A stretch of DNA of 64,000 nt from an uncultured Verrucomicrobiae bacterium (GTDB lineage: Bacteria > Verrucomicrobiota > Verrucomicrobiia > Chthoniobacterales > Chthoniobacteraceae), in assembly GCA_963769025.1 (NCBI GenBank), contig CAVYKI010000003.1:832001-896000 (forward strand), given 5' to 3'. The notes under the pieces are model-generated. The model did no database searches. It saw only the letters and a program-made list of their open reading frames with translations, and was not told where the DNA came from. Made by a program: the position numbers and the translations under genes. Each line of letters begins with the position of its first letter. Position 1 is the first letter of the stretch. This document shows positions 60,646-64,000 of this stretch, piece after piece.

Positions 60646-61588
60646 TCAGTAGCTTTCCGCGGCTTCGCTGAAGACATACGGCGCCTGATACGCACCGGTG
60701 CTTTCCTTCTCGATCTGCCGCAGCAGATCGTTGAGCAGCGAGACTCGCGCCGAAGCGGTAGCGCGTGTTGTTCAGCCACGCGTCGCCGAGCGTCTCCTTC
60801 ACCGCGACGAGAAAGTGCAGCGCCTGCTTCGCCGTGCGGATGCCGCCGGCGGGCTTCATCCCGATCGCGATGCCGGTCTCGAGATAGAAATCGCGGATCG
60901 CCTCGATCATCACCTGGTTGTTGCCGAGCGTGGCATTGAGCGAGGTCTTGCCGGTGCTCGTCTTGATGAAATCGCCCTGGCCGCAGCACGCGCATCGCGA
61001 GGAACGACGCGGCGCGGATGTTGTCGTAGGTCTCCAGTTCGCTCATCTCGAGGATCACCTTCAGCGTCGCCGTCACCGCACGCTTCGACCACCGCGGCGA
61101 TCTCGTCCTGCACCAGCGCGAATTCGCCCGCGAGAAACGCCCCGCGGTTGATCACCATGTCGATCTCATCCGCGCCATCGGCCACCGCCGCGCGCACCTC
61201 GGCGAGCCGCGTCTTCAGCGGCGCCTGCCCGGACGGAAATGCCGTCGCCACCGACGCGATCTTCACCGTCGTCCCCGCGACGCGCTTCGCGCGCATGCCG
61301 CACCATCGCCGGATAGACGCAGACCGCCGCCGCGCTGCGGGACGTCGCATCCGTCGTGCGGCGTGAGCGCCTTCTGGCAGAGCGACGCGACTTTGCCCGG
61401 CGTGTCCTTGCCCTCGAGCGTCGTGAGATCGACCATCGAGACCGCGAGCTTCAGCCCCAAGAGCTTCGACGCTTTTCTTGATGCTGCGCGTCGTGTACTT
61501 CGCCACGCGCTCCTCGACGCCGACCTGCATCCACGGTGCCGACCTCTTCAACGAGGCGGCGGAGCGCAGCGGGGGAAATGGGAGGCAT
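60646..61588 (-). CDS. deoC: Deoxyribose-phosphate aldolase (several frameshifts)
   Basis: DLTTLEG, SVATAFPSG, GADEIDMVI, LKVILE, FIKTSTGK, KPAGGIR, RFGAS. Confidence 0.9.
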
Positions 61589-61647
61589 CCCGGCACGCTA
61601 TGCGGCCATCCGATCCCCACAATGCAAAATAAGCCACCGCAAGCCAA

Positions 61648-61718
61648 GGTAGGGAGGTCTCGCCGAGGCCGCCCACGCTGAGTCAAAGACGGGGCGCTTT
61701 CGCCGAAAGCGCCCTACC
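61648..61718. repeat. GTAG-type REP-like palindrome overlapping the xerD stop codon
   Basis: ggtagggaggtctcgccgaggccgccc ... ggggcgctttcgccgaaagcgccctacc. Confidence 0.6.
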
Positions 61719-62601
61719 CGCGCGGGTGGAATTTCCGGTGCACGGCCTTTAGCCGGCTCTGATCGACGTGCGTGTAGATTTGCGTCGTCGAGATGTCGGC
61801 ATGGCCGAGCAGCTCCTGGATGATGCGCAGATCCGCGCCGCCGCCGAGCAGGTGCGTGGCGAAGCTGTGCCGCAGCAGATGCGGATACACGCGCGTTTCG
61901 ATGCCGGCGCGCTTTGCGGTGCCCTTCACGATCTGCCAGAGGCGCGAGGTCGTGAGCGACTTGCCGTGGTGCGAGAGGAAGACGTGGCTGCCGGTGCGCT
62001 TCGAGACGAGCCGCGGGCGCTCGGTGGCGAGATACGCGTTGATGGCCTCGCACGCCTTCGTGCCGACGGGGACGATGCGCGTCTTGTTGCCCTTGCCGGT
62101 CACGCGGATCATGCGGTTGTCGAGGTCGAGAGTTTCGAGGCGCGCGCCGGTGAGTTCGCTCGCGCGGAGTCCGCTTGCGTAGAGCAGCTCGAGCATCGCG
62201 CGGTCGCGCAGGCCGAGCGGCAGCCTGGTGTCCACGGCGGCGAGCAGGCGTTCGACGAGCGGCTCGTTCAGCGTCTCGGGCAGGTAGCGCTCCATGCGCG
62301 GCAGCGGCAGGACATCGGCGACGTCGTGCGGGATGCGCGTGCGCACCGCGAGCCAGCGGAAGAAGATTTTCAGCGCGACGATCTCCAGCTTGATGCTCGA
62401 TGCGGCGAGGCCCGCGCGTTTTCGCTCCGCGAGAAAATCCTGCAAGTGCGCGAGCGTGACGGCGGCGGGCTCGGCGAGCTGCTTGCGCTGCGCCCACGCG
62501 GCGAATGTCTCCAGCGAGCGGCGCGTGGAGAGCTGGTAGTTGTCCGAGAGCCCGCGCTCGGTCGCGAGGTAGAGGATGAAGTCCTCGATGTCCGCGCGCA
62601 T
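61714..62601 (-). CDS. xerD: Site-specific tyrosine recombinase XerD
   Basis: ERGLS.N, RDRAMLELLYASGLR.SE, GKGNKTR, HLLRHSFATHLL, LLGHADISTTQIYTHV, HPR. Confidence 0.9.
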   Translation of the reverse strand: MRADIEDFILYLATERGLSDNYQLSTRRSLETFAAWAQRKQLAEPAAVTLAHLQDFLAERKRAGLAASSIKLEIVALKIFFRWLAVRTRIPHDVADVLPLPRMERYLPETLNEPLVERLLAAVDTRLPLGLRDRAMLELLYASGLRASELTGARLETLDLDNRMIRVTGKGNKTRIVPVGTKACEAINAYLATERPRLVSKRTGSHVFLSHHGKSLTTSRLWQIVKGTAKRAGIETRVYPHLLRHSFATHLLGGGADLRIIQELLGHADISTTQIYTHVDQSRLKAVHRKFHPRG

Positions 62602-63392
62602 CACGCCGCGGAGTGAAGAAACGCGGTGAGCGGGCTCGTCGCGCTTGCGGTGACGCCGCGCGCGGCGAGTCCCGTCTCGTGCGCCTCGCGCCCGGCCTCG
62701 ACGGCCATGCGAAATGCGCGCGCCATCCGCACCGGGTCCGGCGCGATGGCGATGGCGGTGTTCACAAGCACGGCAGCCGCGCCCATTTCGAGAGCTTCGG
62801 CGGCCTGGCTCGGTGCGCCGATGCCGGCGTCCACGACGACAGGCACGGTGCATTGATCGAGGATGATCTCGATCTGCGCGCGCGTCTCGATGCCGCGGTT
62901 GCTGCCGATGGGTGAGCCGAGCGGCATCACCGTCGCGCAGCCCACGTCCTCGAGGCGCTTCGCGAGCACGGGGTCGGCATTGATATAGGGCAGCACGGTG
63001 AAGCCTTCCTTCACGAGAATCTCCGCGGCCTTCAGCGTCTCGATCGGGTCGGGCAGCAGGTAGCGCGGGTCGGGATGGATCTCCAATTTCACCCAGTCGC
63101 TGATGCCCGCCGTGCGAGCGAGTCTCGCAAGACGCACGGCTTCATCGGCGTTCATCGCGCCGCTCGTGTTTGGCAGCAGCAGGTATTTTTTCGGGTCAAT
63201 GAAATCGAGGATGTTCGCAAACGGGTCGCCTTTCCCCGACAGGTCCGCGCGGCGCAGCGCGACGGTGACGATCTCCGTGCCGCTCTCCGCGAGCGCGTCG
63301 GCCATGGCCTGGTTCGAGGAAAATTTCCCCGTCCCGAGCAGGAGCCGCGAGCGGAAGGTGCGGCCGGCGATGACGAGCGGTTCAGTGGGCAT
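62601..63392 (-). CDS. thiG: Thiazole synthase
   Basis: [41 protein letters not shown]. Confidence 0.96.
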   Translation of the reverse strand: MPTEPLVIAGRTFRSRLLLGTGKFSSNQAMADALAESGTEIVTVALRRADLSGKGDPFANILDFIDPKKYLLLPNTSGAMNADEAVRLARLARTAGISDWVKLEIHPDPRYLLPDPIETLKAAEILVKEGFTVLPYINADPVLAKRLEDVGCATVMPLGSPIGSNRGIETRAQIEIILDQCTVPVVVDAGIGAPSQAAEALEMGAAAVLVNTAIAIAPDPVRMARAFRMAVEAGREAHETGLAARGVTASATSPLTAFLHSAA

Positions 63393-63446
63393 GTCGAGGG
63401 AGACTACACGCGTGGAAAAATTCGCGCACGCGGAAAGCGGAACGGT

Positions 63447-63600
63447 GTGTCTCGGGGAGCGCGGGCGCCTCGCCTGCCGTATTCCGCGCCTCGCGGAATA
63501 CACCCGGATGCCCAAGGCCAACCGAAAACAAACCGACGCCCAGTGTGCCGCGCGGGGCGCACGGCACGGCGCGCGAGGGCGCGCGCGCTCCCCGAGACAC
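63447..63600. repeat. MITE/REP-like element with perfect 17-bp terminal inverted repeats
   Basis: gtgtctcggggagcgcg (63447-63463) and cgcgctccccgagacac (63584-63600). Confidence 0.75.
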
Positions 63601-63623
63601 GCAGTCCTGCTCCTCGCGCACGC

Positions 63624-64000
63624 TCACAGCCGCACCGGCACATCGTGCGTGGCGAGGAAGCGCTTCACGTCGCCGACGGTGTAGGTGCCGAAATGGAAGA
63701 TGCTCGCCGCGAGCACGGCATCCGCGCGGCCTTCGCCCAGGACCTCCGCCATGTGCTCCAGCGAACCCGCGCCGCCGCTCGCGACCACGGGCACGCCGAC
63801 GGCTTCGCTCACCCGGCGAGTGATCACGAGGTCGTAGCCCTGCTTCGTGCCGTCGGCGTCAATCGAGTTCAGCACGATCTCGCCTGCGCCGCGGCGCACG
63901 GCTTCCTCGGCCCACTCGACGGCGCTCCACTTCGTCTCCTCGCGCCCGCCTTTCACGAAAACCTTCCACACGCCGGGCGCGGTGCGTTTGCAATCAATGG
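63624..64000 (-). CDS. hisF: Imidazole glycerol phosphate synthase cyclase subunit, 5' part outside window
   Basis: [34 protein letters not shown]. Confidence 0.95.
   Translation of the reverse strand, partial: IDCKRTAPGVWKVFVKGGREETKWSAVEWAEEAVRRGAGEIVLNSIDADGTKQGYDLVITRRVSEAVGVPVVASGGAGSLEHMAEVLGEGRADAVLAASIFHFGTYTVGDVKRFLATHDVPVRL

Noticed and set aside
61714..62601. Prophage or island integrase
   Set aside because: Sequence fits housekeeping XerD and the neighbours are core genes.
63393..63623. TPP riboswitch upstream of thiG
   Set aside because: No CTGAGA / ACCTG core motifs seen on the minus strand; the space is occupied by an inverted-repeat element.

Overview
High-GC bacterial DNA whose gene content (DUF1501, DUF1549/DUF1553 cytochrome c proteins, PVM-type microcompartment, YHYH protein, DUF5069) points to Verrucomicrobiota or a close PVC relative; this taxonomy is inferred. 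Left to right: a few envelope/metabolic genes; a type II secretion minor-pseudopilin/assembly cluster (gspH-I-J-K-L-M-like); cbpA; a + strand glycan-processing cluster (esterase, sulfatase, PSCyt/DUF1553 protein with an embedded F-type-lectin-like domain, DUF1501, O-acetylesterase, sugar lactonase) converging on a 13-gene Planctomycetes-Verrucomicrobia-type bacterial microcompartment operon that ends in PduS/PduT-like genes; an AlgI/SGNH O-acetylation pair; a decayed accessory zone (hypothetical gene, 42-bp palindromic tandem array, truncated integron integrase, attI plus DUF4279 cassette, IS91-like remnant); GH16, mtnA, a DUF433/DUF5615 toxin-antitoxin pair, galE; an OmpR-type two-component system divergent from a YHYH-PEBP / atypical sulfatase / metallophosphoesterase operon with paired binding boxes; and housekeeping genes (fabD, nadA, deoC with two ALDHs, xerD, thiG, hisF). 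Many genes carry single-base frameshifts that look like long-read consensus errors. All calls come from motif recognition by eye, with no database searches.
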